Counted from the first letter of the stretch, positions 10,495 to 20,614 are shown. The stretch is DNA of 60,252 bases from Spirulina sp. (GCA_044070495.1 JBIPSI010000032.1:1-60252), one strand, 5' to 3'. Program-made: numbers and translations. Notes: generated from the letters alone by a model not told the origin.

Positions 10495-13400
10495 TACTCT
10501 TCACCTCCTAGGACGATGCGACCGTCCTGCATCACCGCAGGATGGGGGTTTTCCCTAGCCAATTCCAGAAAATCAGCCCTCACCGACCGGGAGGCTTGCC
10601 CCGAAGCGGCGTTGCCCTCTAGGGGCTGGCTATTCGCTGGTGGAAATTGATCCGTGGGCTCCGCATCCCCAGGGCCGATCAGCTCTCCATCCGGCACGAT
10701 GGACTCCTGCTGTTGGGGGGGCGCAATGGGCTGCACCCCAAAGGAATTAAACAGTTGGTTGACCTTGGCGGTGATGCCAAAGTAGGGGCCGCTGGCGGAA
10801 CGATAGCCGCCGCCACCGATGAAGGATCCATCGTTGGCCGCCCCAAAGCTGTAGCCCAGGCCCAGCCGCACGTCGGGCGTTAGGTAGTAGCCTGCCTCCA
10901 CCGCAAAGCCGGTTTCGTTGTAGCCCACCACGGGCTGGCCAATCCAGCGCACCTCGCCGCCCACATCCCAGCGGTAGGCAAAGCGGTAGTTGGCCCGCAA
11001 CTGCGCCAGGTGAATGGTGTTGGAGGCGCTGACGGTTTGAGCGAGGCTGGCGGTGCTGTGGCGCAACCCGTAGCGTCCGTAGAACTCCCACTGCCAGTTG
11101 GGGGCGTAGATGCCCTCCAGGGAGAGGGTGTGATCCTGGGAGGCGCTGCCCGCCCCAAATAGCAGGGTGTCGGGGGTGGTGCTGGGGTTGTTGCGATACT
11201 CGTAGCTGAGCAGGCCGTTGAATTGGTCGCTATAGGGGTTGCGGTAGGCGAGGCCCAGCTTGAGGTTGCTGGAGTTGCCCAGTTGGTCGGTGATGGTTTG
11301 GTTGGCAAAGTTGGCCATCTCAAACCGAAACAACCCCGTCAGGGCATCGGTGAAGCGCCCCGCCGCCGAGGCCCCCAACACCAGGTTGCTGGATCCGGGG
11401 GAATCGCGGTATTCCACCCGTCCACTGGCCTGCCAGTCGGGGTTATCGGTGTATTCAATCCCCACCCGGTAGGCGGTCGAGGCTTGTAGCCCCAGGGCCG
11501 ACGCCCCCTGGCCCACGGCAAAGGGCTGGGCAAACTGCTGCCCCGATCCGGTGAGGTTAAAGGCATCGCCAAAGATGCGCTCGAAGCCAAAGGTGGCCCG
11601 CAGTCCCGGAGCCAGCACTAGGCGATGGTTTAGCCCCACCGCCCCCTGGCCCGTGATGCCGTTCGCCCCTCCCAGCAGGGAGTAGCGGTTGGTGAGGGTG
11701 GTGTTGTCGTCGAGGTCGTAGCTGACCAGGCTATCGAGGCTGGTGATCGACCCTGGCCCCTGCCCGCCAGAAATAAACTGCTGGGCTAAGCGCAGGCTGA
11801 CACCGGGCTGCAAGGCCCACTCTAGACCCACGGTATTGCGGGTGGGGTAGAGCGGGTCGGACTGGCTGCTGAGGTTGAGTTCGCTCTGGGCCAAAAAGCT
11901 GAGGGTGCCCGTAATCGGCAGGTTAAATCGCGAGGCCAGTTGGCTAGCGTTGGCCGACTGGTTGCCAATCCGGTCGGTGCGGGAACGGTTGACGAAATCG
12001 ACCCCTAGGGTAGCCGAGCCAAACTGCTGAATTACCCCGGCCCGATATTCGGTGAGGGTATTGTCTACAATGGGGCCAGGGAAGGGGGTTTGCCCCGGTC
12101 GCAGCAGGGCCGCTGCACTGGTCTGCACCGCTGGGGTAGCGCCAAAGTTGCGCTCCTGATCCACCAAGGCCCGCAGTTGGGTAGTGGCCCCTACCTGGGC
12201 GGTAATTTGCCCCCCCCAGCGGGTTTGCCCCGGCCTAAAGCTACTGGAGGCATTGTTGATAAAGCCGCTGTCCGTGGATCGGAAGTAGGCTTGGCCCAGC
12301 AGTCCCTCCAGGGGCGACCCAGAAATCTCTAGACGGTAGGCGTTGCCTTGGCTAGAGGATCGGTCGGTGCTAGCGGAGGATCGGGCAAATTCCCCGACAA
12401 TTTGGCCCTCTTCGCCCAGGGGCAGCAGCAGGTCGAAGCCGTAGAGGGTGAAGTCTTGCAAACCCTGATCTTCGGTGAGTAGGGTGGCCCCCACTAGCAG
12501 CCCCTCATCGCCCTGGGGTCTATACTGCACCCGTCCGGCGTAGACGCTGCCCCGGTTATTGGGGTCGTCAATTTGATAAGTGGCTACAATCCGCCGCACC
12601 AGGGTGGCCCCCAGGGGATTGAGGTCTACGGCGCTAATCGGCTGACGGAACAGCAGGGTGCCCCGGTCGTAGTCAATTTCGTAGTCCACGCCTCGGTAGA
12701 GGGGTTCGCGACTAATCACCGTGCCGGGACGGTTGATCTCCTCGGTTTCGAGAAACACATTTTCGCTGCCGCGCAGAATCAGCCGCCGCGATAGGAAGTA
12801 AAAGCCACTGGTGCCGTCGGGGGCGATGGTATCCCGCTGGAAGGGCTGCACGTTGTCGCCGTAGAGGGCGGTGATTTGGATGCCGTTGCCAAAGGTAAAG
12901 TTGCCCTTCAACCCGTGGAACTCCCGCACCGTGGCGGTAAAGCTCTGGGAGGGGCCAGCAAATTCCTGGGTGCCAAAGTCGCCCCACATCAGGTAGTCGG
13001 GGTCGGCATCGGGCACCAGGGAATCCCGCTGGAACCGCAGGTAGAGGCTATCGGCGGAGGGGGTGAGGAAGTCGGTGGTGGAACTGTCGCCGTAGACGGC
13101 GTAGCTTTGCTCACAGAACTGCACATCCCGGTAAAGCCCGCCGCTCTCGCAGCGGTCGTTCAGCCCCCGCTGGCTGTTGTAGGCCCCGGTGAAGGTCCAT
13201 TCCCCGATGCTGCCGGTGCCAAAAATTCCGGCACTGAGGTCAAACTCAACATCATCGTTCAGGTTGGTGGGGTTGAGGAAGTCCCGGAAGCTGCCCAGCA
13301 GGTTGGTGCCGCCTCGGCCCACCCGAAAATCGACCACCCCAGAAATCAGGGTGGGGCGCAGGTCGGTGAGGAAATGTACCTGGGTTTCCCCCAGCAGCCG

Positions 13401-14162
13401 TGGGTAAACCTGGCTAGGTTGGTCGTCCTCCAGCCCCCGCACCGCCCGACCCGCCACCGTGGCCTGCACCGTCACCACCTGGGCGGCAAGGGTAGACCGC
13501 AGTTGCGCCTCAAACCGTCCCTGGCGGGCCAACACCTGGAAGCCCCCCTGATCGGTGTCGTAGTCGGCCCCAATAAATTCTCCGGCAGTGGTGGTTAGGG
13601 TAACCACCACATCGCGATCCAAGGGGTTGCCCTCTGGATCCAGAATTTCCCCCTCCACCACCAGGGAGGATCGGCCATTGGCGGGAATTTGCACCTCCCG
13701 CTGGGGTCGCACCAGGAGGATATACTCCGGCTCCTCAGTGATTTCCACCGGCTCCACGGGTAACTCCTGGGCCGGGGGCGGCGTCAGGGGTACCTGATGC
13801 TGCCAGGGGGCTGACTCAAACAACTCGGTGTTTTCCCGCCGATTGGCCAGATCGGCCTCGCTCGGTGGCTCCAGGTTGGACGGCGCATCTTCCCCTAGGG
13901 CGGCGGTGGGCAGGGGGATGGGCAGGACACGATCCGTCGCTTCGTCAGATTCCCCTAGGGTCGTCTCAGGCTGGGCCAGCCCTTCGGCCTCCTGAAGGTC
14001 GGCCCCCATCGGCGGTGCAGGTTGCGCTGTAGTCGAGGTTGTGGCGGAGGCGGGACTAGGGATCGCCTCCGGTTCTGGACTGCCCTGGGCAGACTCCACA
14101 ACCCCTAGGGATCCGGCCAGGGTAACCCATAGCCCCAGCCCCAAGGTGCGAAGGGTGATCAT
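10494..14162 (-). CDS. Large outer-membrane beta-barrel protein of the DUF11 cluster
   Basis: Signal peptide, acidic linker, invasin-like 'IPANGRSS' Ig domain, 'DYEIDYDRGTLLF' motif, long run of amphipathic beta-strands. Confidence 0.7.
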   Translation of the reverse strand: MITLRTLGLGLWVTLAGSLGVVESAQGSPEPEAIPSPASATTSTTAQPAPPMGADLQEAEGLAQPETTLGESDEATDRVLPIPLPTAALGEDAPSNLEPPSEADLANRRENTELFESAPWQHQVPLTPPPAQELPVEPVEITEEPEYILLVRPQREVQIPANGRSSLVVEGEILDPEGNPLDRDVVVTLTTTAGEFIGADYDTDQGGFQVLARQGRFEAQLRSTLAAQVVTVQATVAGRAVRGLEDDQPSQVYPRLLGETQVHFLTDLRPTLISGVVDFRVGRGGTNLLGSFRDFLNPTNLNDDVEFDLSAGIFGTGSIGEWTFTGAYNSQRGLNDRCESGGLYRDVQFCEQSYAVYGDSSTTDFLTPSADSLYLRFQRDSLVPDADPDYLMWGDFGTQEFAGPSQSFTATVREFHGLKGNFTFGNGIQITALYGDNVQPFQRDTIAPDGTSGFYFLSRRLILRGSENVFLETEEINRPGTVISREPLYRGVDYEIDYDRGTLLFRQPISAVDLNPLGATLVRRIVATYQIDDPNNRGSVYAGRVQYRPQGDEGLLVGATLLTEDQGLQDFTLYGFDLLLPLGEEGQIVGEFARSSASTDRSSSQGNAYRLEISGSPLEGLLGQAYFRSTDSGFINNASSSFRPGQTRWGGQITAQVGATTQLRALVDQERNFGATPAVQTSAAALLRPGQTPFPGPIVDNTLTEYRAGVIQQFGSATLGVDFVNRSRTDRIGNQSANASQLASRFNLPITGTLSFLAQSELNLSSQSDPLYPTRNTVGLEWALQPGVSLRLAQQFISGGQGPGSITSLDSLVSYDLDDNTTLTNRYSLLGGANGITGQGAVGLNHRLVLAPGLRATFGFERIFGDAFNLTGSGQQFAQPFAVGQGASALGLQASTAYRVGIEYTDNPDWQASGRVEYRDSPGSSNLVLGASAAGRFTDALTGLFRFEMANFANQTITDQLGNSSNLKLGLAYRNPYSDQFNGLLSYEYRNNPSTTPDTLLFGAGSASQDHTLSLEGIYAPNWQWEFYGRYGLRHSTASLAQTVSASNTIHLAQLRANYRFAYRWDVGGEVRWIGQPVVGYNETGFAVEAGYYLTPDVRLGLGYSFGAANDGSFIGGGGYRSASGPYFGITAKVNQLFNSFGVQPIAPPQQQESIVPDGELIGPGDAEPTDQFPPANSQPLEGNAASGQASRSVRADFLELARENPHPAVMQDGRIVLGGEE

Positions 14163-16651
14163 GGCTGCTCCTCCCCAAAGGTAGGCGTTACGGCAAAGTT
14201 CATGCGGGCCAAGCCCCCAGGCGAGAGCCTCGCCATGCGAGAGACGCTGTTTTCCTCAATGCGGAAGAGGTTGGGGGCCAGGGTATACCCCGGCAGGCTA
14301 TAGAGGTCGAGGGTGCCCACTCGGTAACCGGGCAGCACGTTGATCAAGGAGAAGAGGCCATCGGCATCGGTGAGGATGCGGTTGCCATCGTCCATGAAGA
14401 TCACGGCGTTGGGCACCCCTGGTTCCCCTGGTTGCTGCTGGCCGTCAAAGTTTTTGTCTACAAACACCCGCCCTAGAATGGTGCCACAGTCGGCCAAAAT
14501 GCCGGGACGCACCGTAATTTGGTAGGTCGCCACCACCGGGTCTGCCCCCGGAGTTGACGCCTGGGCAATGTTGCGCCCATCGCCGCGCACCGCATCGGGG
14601 GTCATCAGCACCGCGTAGGCCACGGAGATCGACTGCCCCGGTGGCAAGGCCCCAAAGGTCAGATTCAGGGTGCTGTCGGTGGTCACCACCTGGGTGGGCG
14701 GATTGGGCGTGGCCTGCACGGAGTCGGGCACGTAGGCGAGGCCCCTCGGCAGTTGGTCGGTAATGGTGACGGGGTCAGCCACCACGGTTCCAACGTTGGT
14801 GACCACCAGCCGGTAGACCGCCACATCCCCCGGCTCTGCCGCCGCCCGATCCGAGGTCTTCACGATCTGCAACTGGGGTGGGGCGTTGATGGTCACCTGG
14901 GCCGTCGCCGTAGTGGGTGGTGCCCCCGGCGTTGAGGCTTGGGCGGTATTGATCCCATTGCCGCGTGAGGCATCGGGGGTCACCCGCACCTGGTAGTTCA
15001 CGGTAATGGCTTGCCCCGGCGGCAGGGCTCCAAAGGTGAGGGTGAAACGGCTGTCGGTGGCGACCACCTCCGTTGGCGGATTAGGCGTGGCCTGGATCGA
15101 CCCTGGCACGTAGACCAAGCCCACGGGCAACTGGTCGGTGACGGTGACTGGGTTGGCCGCTACGGTAGACCCATTGGTTACCACAAGCTGGTAGTCCACT
15201 ACCTCGCCGGGGGCCACCGATGGCCGGGCCACGGTTTTCACCAGCTGAAGCTGGGGCGGCGGCGGCGGATTAATCACCACCCGGGCAATGGAGGTGATTG
15301 GTGGCACCCCAGGGGTTGAAGCCTGGGCAGTGTTGAGGCCATTGCCATTCACCGCATCGGGCGTCAACTGTGCCTGGTAGTTCACGGTGATCGACTGCCC
15401 CGGTGCCAAGGCTCCAAAGGAGAAGATCAGGACGCTGCCCGTATTCGCCACCTGGGTTGGTTGGTTGGGCGTGGCCTGCACCGAGTTGTCCACGTAGACA
15501 AAGCCCTGGGGCAACTGGTCGGCAATGGTGACCGGATTAGCCACGACGTTGGAGGTGTTGGTCACCACCACCTGGTAGGACACCACATCACCGGGGGTTG
15601 CCGCCGTCCGATTCGGGGTCTTTACAATTTGGAGCTGCGGCAGGGCGGGTGGGGGCAAAGGCCCTGTGGTGACCTGGGCCGTCGAGGTAATGGGCGGAAT
15701 CCCCGGTGTTGACGCCTGAGCCGTGTTGAGACCATTGCCATTCACCGCATCGGGCGTGACTTGCACCCGATAGGTCACCGTGATCGACTGCCCCGGTGCC
15801 AGGGCTCCAAAGGCAAAGGTGAGGGTGCTGCCCGTGTTCACCACCTGGGTGGGCTGGGTGGGCGTGGCCTGCACCGAGTTGTCCACATAGACAAAGCCCT
15901 GGGGCAACTGGTCGGTAACGGTCACCGGGTTGGCTGTCGTCGTAGACACGTTCGTGACCACCACCTGGTAGGTGGCCACATCACCGGGCACCACCGTCGC
16001 GCGATCCACCGTCTTCACGATCTGAAGCAGGGGCGGCGGCGGCGGCGTAATGGCAATTTGGGCCGTTGCCGTCACGGTTGGAGCCCCCGGCGCTGAGGCC
16101 TGGGCGGTGTTGACCCCGTTGCCATTCACCGCATCGGGCGTAACGCGCACCTGATAGTTCACGGTAATGGCTTGCCCCGGTGCGAGAGCCCCAAAGGTGA
16201 GGGTGAAGGTGCTGCCCGTATTCGTCACCTGGTTGGGCGGATTGGGCAAAGCCTGGATGGAATTATTGACGTAGACCAACCCCCGGGGTAACTGGTCGGT
16301 AATGGTCACCGGGTTGGCCGTCGTCGTAGACACGTTCGTGACCACGATCTGGTAGCCCGCCACTTCGCCAGGGGTCGCGGTGGTTCGATCCACCGTCTTC
16401 ACAATCCGCAGGGCGGGCGGGGCGGGCGGGGCCAACACCACCGTCGTCACCGAGGGCGGCAACACAATGGGCGGCCCACCGCCATCGGGCACGTAGGAAG
16501 CCTGGGCCTGGTTCTGAATCTGCGTCGGCGCAGGTTGGGCCTGTACCGCCGTGGATCCATAAAAACCATGGCTAAAAAGACTACTAACCAGAATGGATAG
16601 GGTAAAGAGGAACCCCATCCACAGGTGTCGATAACGTCGTCTCACACTCAC
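14159..16651 (-). CDS. Repetitive surface protein with five DUF11 domains and an SdrD-B-like C-terminal domain
   Basis: Five ~125-aa repeats (L.(I/L)VKT..PG..Y..VVTN..DQLP..N(T/I)AQAS), then 'GRVFVDKNFDGQQQPGEPGV'. Confidence 0.85.
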   Translation of the reverse strand: MSVRRRYRHLWMGFLFTLSILVSSLFSHGFYGSTAVQAQPAPTQIQNQAQASYVPDGGGPPIVLPPSVTTVVLAPPAPPALRIVKTVDRTTATPGEVAGYQIVVTNVSTTTANPVTITDQLPRGLVYVNNSIQALPNPPNQVTNTGSTFTLTFGALAPGQAITVNYQVRVTPDAVNGNGVNTAQASAPGAPTVTATAQIAITPPPPPLLQIVKTVDRATVVPGDVATYQVVVTNVSTTTANPVTVTDQLPQGFVYVDNSVQATPTQPTQVVNTGSTLTFAFGALAPGQSITVTYRVQVTPDAVNGNGLNTAQASTPGIPPITSTAQVTTGPLPPPALPQLQIVKTPNRTAATPGDVVSYQVVVTNTSNVVANPVTIADQLPQGFVYVDNSVQATPNQPTQVANTGSVLIFSFGALAPGQSITVNYQAQLTPDAVNGNGLNTAQASTPGVPPITSIARVVINPPPPPQLQLVKTVARPSVAPGEVVDYQLVVTNGSTVAANPVTVTDQLPVGLVYVPGSIQATPNPPTEVVATDSRFTLTFGALPPGQAITVNYQVRVTPDASRGNGINTAQASTPGAPPTTATAQVTINAPPQLQIVKTSDRAAAEPGDVAVYRLVVTNVGTVVADPVTITDQLPRGLAYVPDSVQATPNPPTQVVTTDSTLNLTFGALPPGQSISVAYAVLMTPDAVRGDGRNIAQASTPGADPVVATYQITVRPGILADCGTILGRVFVDKNFDGQQQPGEPGVPNAVIFMDDGNRILTDADGLFSLINVLPGYRVGTLDLYSLPGYTLAPNLFRIEENSVSRMARLSPGGLARMNFAVTPTFGEEQP

Positions 16652-17099
16652 CCTCTGAGGTCACCCTCACACCGTCATACGAAACTGAGGCAGTTGACAC
16701 CAAGGTTCAACTCACCCACCCATGCTGTCGGAGCATCAGGCCACTCCAACGGATTTAACGCTTTGTTAACTGGTCAACCCAGATTCCCTAGACTCAGTTG
16801 AAGGAACCTGGCTATGCTAATTCCCTGAGGTACGCCCGTAATTGTACGGAGTCCCTATTAAAAGTTTCATAAAACTACAAAAAAATCAAAGTTTTTCCTG
16901 GAATTGCTAACCAAAATGACCCACCCCACCCCGATTTACTCCGACCACTAAGGGATGTTCTGGGGATTCTAGCCCGAACTCGGTCGGGGAAACCCCAGCG
17001 CTAATTTTGGTAAAAAGCCAAGGCGGACAGCGGGCCAGAGGCTATGATCGAACCATCACGGTGATCCGACGCCCCATCGCCCAGGGCACCGCAGGTTTT

Positions 17100-17342
17100 A
17101 TGGGATCAGCATTGAACACTATGGCAACCAATTCCTCTGCCGACATGGCTCCCCCTGGGGCCAACCCTCCGTCCAGCAGCTATACCCCCCTATCGGGCAG
17201 CGAGTCGCGGGTGGAAAGCCCCCGCTACCGATGCCCGGTGGCCAGTTGCCACCAAAACTGGTATCGCCACGACAGCGATGAACCCATCCCCCACTGCCCC
17301 ATCCACGACGTCGTGATGGTGCGAGACAGCAAGGTTCACTAG
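17100..17342 (+). CDS. Small hypothetical protein with a CPxxxC..CPxH putative metal-binding motif
   Basis: YRCPVASC..PHCPIH; start codon uncertain (17100 or 17121). Confidence 0.55.
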   Translation: MGSALNTMATNSSADMAPPGANPPSSSYTPLSGSESRVESPRYRCPVASCHQNWYRHDSDEPIPHCPIHDVVMVRDSKVH

Positions 17343-17836
17343 GTCTCGGTCTCGCCTTGTCCCTGTACCACCAGCACCGCACAGGGAGATCGGTGCATCA
17401 CGTAGCTGCTAACGCTGCCCAAGAGCAGTTCTCCCAGCCCGTCCATCCCCCGTCGTCCTAGCACAATCAAATCCGCCGACCAGTCTTTGGCCAGGGTGCA
17501 GATGGCTTTGCCTGGATCGCCCACCAGTTGAGTTGCGGTGGTGGAGATCCCCTGCTGGCGTGACGCCTCAGCCCAGGTTTGAAGTTGGGCCTGGGTTTGC
17601 TGCTGTATTGCTTCCCAGTTGGCTAGATAAATTTCGTAGTTCGGCAGGTTAACGGTGGATAGGGCCTTATCAATGGCCATATAGGCCGGATCGGGGTAGC
17701 CACTCTGCACAGGAGACAACACATGCACTAGGTGCAGTTCGGCCTGGTAGGCGAGGGCAATGGCCTCGGCCTCGGCCAAAACTTGGCTGGCCATGGCCAG
17801 GGATCGATCCACGGCCACCAAAATGCGCTGGAACAT
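17339..17836 (-). CDS. Universal stress protein
   Basis: 'FQRILVAVD', 'ADLIVLGRRG..LLGSVSSYV'. Confidence 0.92.
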   Translation of the reverse strand: MFQRILVAVDRSLAMASQVLAEAEAIALAYQAELHLVHVLSPVQSGYPDPAYMAIDKALSTVNLPNYEIYLANWEAIQQQTQAQLQTWAEASRQQGISTTATQLVGDPGKAICTLAKDWSADLIVLGRRGMDGLGELLLGSVSSYVMHRSPCAVLVVQGQGETET

Positions 17837-17899
17837 GGCTTTACCCCCTCCTACATCGTCCGGCAGGATTGCCCCCGATTTGTGCTGTATCCAGCTTAC

Positions 17900-18307
17900 C
17901 TACTGTTCAGCCTCGGCGGCGATCTGGGCCAAAAGAGAGGTTACCCGTTCTTTAATTTCGTCGCGCACGCGGGGGAAAATCTCCGGTTGTTCGGCGGGGT
18001 CATCCAGTTGCCAGTCGTCAAAATACTCGCGCATCAGCCAGTCGGGGGGCAAATTCACGCCGCAGCCACAGAGGGAAATCACCGCATCAAAGGTCTCTGG
18101 GCTAAATTCATCTAGGGCGTTGGAGGTTTGTTGGCTGATGTCAATGCCCACCTCGGCCATGGCGGCGATGGCCTCTGGCCGCACAGAACTGGCCTCTAAA
18201 CCAGAACTGACGACCTCAATTTTTCCGGCCCCTAGGGTTTTGGCAAAGCCCTCCGCCATTTGGGAACGGGAGGAATTTTTCTTGCAGACAAACATGATGC
18301 GCTTCAT
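17900..18307 (-). CDS. arsC: Arsenate reductase, cyanobacterial LMW-PTP type
   Basis: P-loop CKKNSSRSQMAEG, 'SLCGCG', downstream of acr3. Confidence 0.92.
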   Translation of the reverse strand: MKRIMFVCKKNSSRSQMAEGFAKTLGAGKIEVVSSGLEASSVRPEAIAAMAEVGIDISQQTSNALDEFSPETFDAVISLCGCGVNLPPDWLMREYFDDWQLDDPAEQPEIFPRVRDEIKERVTSLLAQIAAEAEQ

Positions 18308-18359
18308 GGCAGGTACTCTTCAGTAAAAGATTTATGGATGGGAAGATATGGGATTTTTG

Positions 18360-18559
18360 GATCCCCCCTAGCCCCCCTTTGCAAAGGGGGGAACCGGATT
18401 TAAAGTCCCCTTTGCAAAGGGGGGAGCTAGATTCAAAGTTTCCCTTTCAACCGGGAGAAAAGTTTCCCTTTCAACCGGGAGAACCGAATTCAAAGTCCCC
18501 CTTCGTAAGGGGAAAATCAGAGTCAAAGTCCCCCTTCGCAAGGGGGATTTAGGGGGATC
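18360..18559. repeat. Tandem array of about six cccc-tt..aa-gggg hairpin REP-like units
   Basis: Repeated aaagtcccc(c)tt..aagggg units bounded by gatccccc..gggggatc. Confidence 0.8.
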
Positions 18560-18568
18560 CTCCTCCCG

Positions 18569-19720
18569 TTAACCCAGGGGCCGCATACAGCGGGGATCGC
18601 GTAGGGTGGCTTTTTCAGGATCACGGGGGAACCAAAAGGCCGTTTTTTTGCAAAATTCCACCAGCATTAACATCACCGGAACTTCGATCAGCACCCCGAC
18701 GACCGTGGCCAAGGCGGCCCCAGAGTTGAGGCCAAACAGCGTTACGGCGGTGGCAATGGCGACCTCAAAGTGATTGCTGGCCCCAATCAGGGCAGCGGGG
18801 GCGGCGTCTTCGTAGACCATCCCTAACTTTTGGGCGGCCACGTAGGTAAGCCCAAAAATCACATTAGTTTGCAGCAATAGCGGCACCGCAATCAGCAGAA
18901 TATGCAGGGGATTGCGCACAATCAGGTCGCCTTTGAAGGCGAACAGCAGCACCAGGGTGGTGAGCAGGGCAATGACGGAAATCGGGCTGAGGTACTTCAA
19001 AAACACGGTTTCAAAATAGTCTCGGCCCCTGTGGCGTAAAATCCAGGTGCGAGAAATCGCCCCCGCCAGCAGCGGCAGTCCCACATAGATCAACACCGAC
19101 AGCACAATGGTTTGCCAGGGCACCGTGAGGCTATTTGCCGCCAGCAGCCACCGCCCCAGAGGCGCGTAGAGAAACAGCATGGCCAAGGAATTGACCGCCA
19201 CCATCACCAGCGTATGGCCCTGGTTGCTGAAGGATAGATAACCCCACATCAACACCATGGCGGTGCAGGGGGCAATGCCTAATAAAATGCAGCCCGCAAT
19301 GTAGGAATCCGCCAGGGCAATTTCGGTGCCGCGAATGATTTCCGTTTCCATCAGCAGGGGCCGAAACAGCCCACCCAGAAAAACCTGAGCAAATAGCACC
19401 ATGGTAAAGGGCTTGATCAGCCAGTTCACCACCAGGGTGAGCACCACGGGCCGAGGGGTACGGGCGGCTTTTTTGGCCTGGGAAAAATCAATCTTCACCA
19501 TGATGGGATACATCATGAAAAACAGGCAGATGGCAATGGGAATCGACACCTGGTAAAGACTCATGGCATCTAGGGCCACCGCCATCCCAGGGAAAACCCG
19601 CCCCAGAATAATTCCAGCTACGATGCAGAGAAACACCCACAGGGTGAGGTAGCGCTCAAAGCGGTTGAGTTGCCCTCCCGCCTGGACGGCCTTGGGGTTA
19701 GGATTGGGCTGAGCATCCAT
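18569..19720 (-). CDS. acr3: ACR3-family arsenite efflux transporter
   Basis: 'FERYLTLWV', '[11 protein letters not shown]', '[12 protein letters not shown]', '[11 protein letters not shown]'. Confidence 0.95.
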   Translation of the reverse strand: MDAQPNPNPKAVQAGGQLNRFERYLTLWVFLCIVAGIILGRVFPGMAVALDAMSLYQVSIPIAICLFFMMYPIMVKIDFSQAKKAARTPRPVVLTLVVNWLIKPFTMVLFAQVFLGGLFRPLLMETEIIRGTEIALADSYIAGCILLGIAPCTAMVLMWGYLSFSNQGHTLVMVAVNSLAMLFLYAPLGRWLLAANSLTVPWQTIVLSVLIYVGLPLLAGAISRTWILRHRGRDYFETVFLKYLSPISVIALLTTLVLLFAFKGDLIVRNPLHILLIAVPLLLQTNVIFGLTYVAAQKLGMVYEDAAPAALIGASNHFEVAIATAVTLFGLNSGAALATVVGVLIEVPVMLMLVEFCKKTAFWFPRDPEKATLRDPRCMRPLG

Positions 19721-19735
19721 ACAGGGCACACCTGA

Positions 19736-19783
19736 AACAACAAAACTTGATGCGACCCTTCCATCATTTCAAATTTTCTTGAT
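19736..19783 (-). promoter_or_regulatory. Two ArsR operator-like boxes upstream of acr3
   Basis: aacaa-N6-ttgat (19736-19751) and ttcaa-N6-ttgat (19768-19783) match the ATCAA-N6-TTGAT pattern of the Synechocystis ars operator. Confidence 0.65.
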
Positions 19784-19786
19784 TTG

Positions 19787-20116
19787 TCAATCCTGATCAG
19801 GCGCACAGGCACGGGCAGGCAGCATGGGGCTGAAGCGGCGAAAATCCGCCAAATACTGCTCTAGGGCCACCAGTTGGGGCAGATTAAGGCTGTAGTAAAT
19901 CCAGCGGCCTTCCTGGCGAGAACGCACCAGTTCCGCCGTTTTCAAGGCTTTGAGGTGAAAGGACAGCTTCGACTGTGCCACCCCCATTTGGTCACAGAGG
20001 TCGCAAACACAGAGTTCCTGGCTGCGCAGGCGATCCACAATTTCTAGGCGCAGGGGATCGGCGAGGGCTTTGAATCCCAAAACAACTAAATTTGATGCGC
20101 TTGAGGTTTCCAGCAT
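19787..20116 (-). CDS. arsR: ArsR/SmtB-family repressor
   Basis: 'FKALADPLRL', 'ELCVCDL', 'SFHLKALK', 'RQEGRWIYYSL'. Confidence 0.92.
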   Translation of the reverse strand: MLETSSASNLVVLGFKALADPLRLEIVDRLRSQELCVCDLCDQMGVAQSKLSFHLKALKTAELVRSRQEGRWIYYSLNLPQLVALEQYLADFRRFSPMLPARACAPDQD

Positions 20117-20614
20117 CTAAATTCCTTGGGGTTCCTCCTCAAGATACTGCCACTGGTGAAACATGGCGGCTTGGCCGTAGGGGTTGCCAGCGTCATCGGT
20201 CACATTCCACACGATGGCGTTTTGGATGGTAAACCGCCGCCCAGACTTGGCAATGCGCACCCCGGCATAGTTGCGAATGTAGCCCTGCTGGGTCACTTCT
20301 GCCAGCAGTCTATCCCGTTCCGCCCGGTTCGGGAGTTCCGCTGAAAGTCGGGAAGGTAGGGCGGTAAATTCTTCCCAAGAAAATTCAAACAAGCGCTGGG
20401 CGGTGCGGTTGGCATAATTGAAAATGGGGTCAGCCTCGGTGCCGTGGGATACCAACACAAAGGGCGCATCGTACAACGCCTGGGCCGCTGCCATGCCGGA
20501 GAGCAATGGATCAATTAAATCTCCCCCTAGCAAACGACGGAAACTTTGGCACAGCCGATTCCCATGTTCCGCTAGGTTGGAAAAGTCTGGGATAAATTCG
20601 GCACTTTGCCCCAT
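20117..20614 (-). CDS. MEKHLA (PAS-like) domain protein
   Basis: 'APFVLVSHGTEADPIFNYAN', 'LPSRLSAE', 'YAGVRIAKSGRRF', 'GQAAMF'. Confidence 0.88.
   Translation of the reverse strand: MGQSAEFIPDFSNLAEHGNRLCQSFRRLLGGDLIDPLLSGMAAAQALYDAPFVLVSHGTEADPIFNYANRTAQRLFEFSWEEFTALPSRLSAELPNRAERDRLLAEVTQQGYIRNYAGVRIAKSGRRFTIQNAIVWNVTDDAGNPYGQAAMFHQWQYLEEEPQGI

Noticed and set aside
16652..17000. c-di-GMP riboswitch upstream of the DUF11 operon
   Set aside because: No GEMM consensus found by eye.
18334..18552. 72-aa ORF with repeated KSP/KFP motifs
   Set aside because: It is a translation of the hairpin repeat array, antisense to the ars operon.
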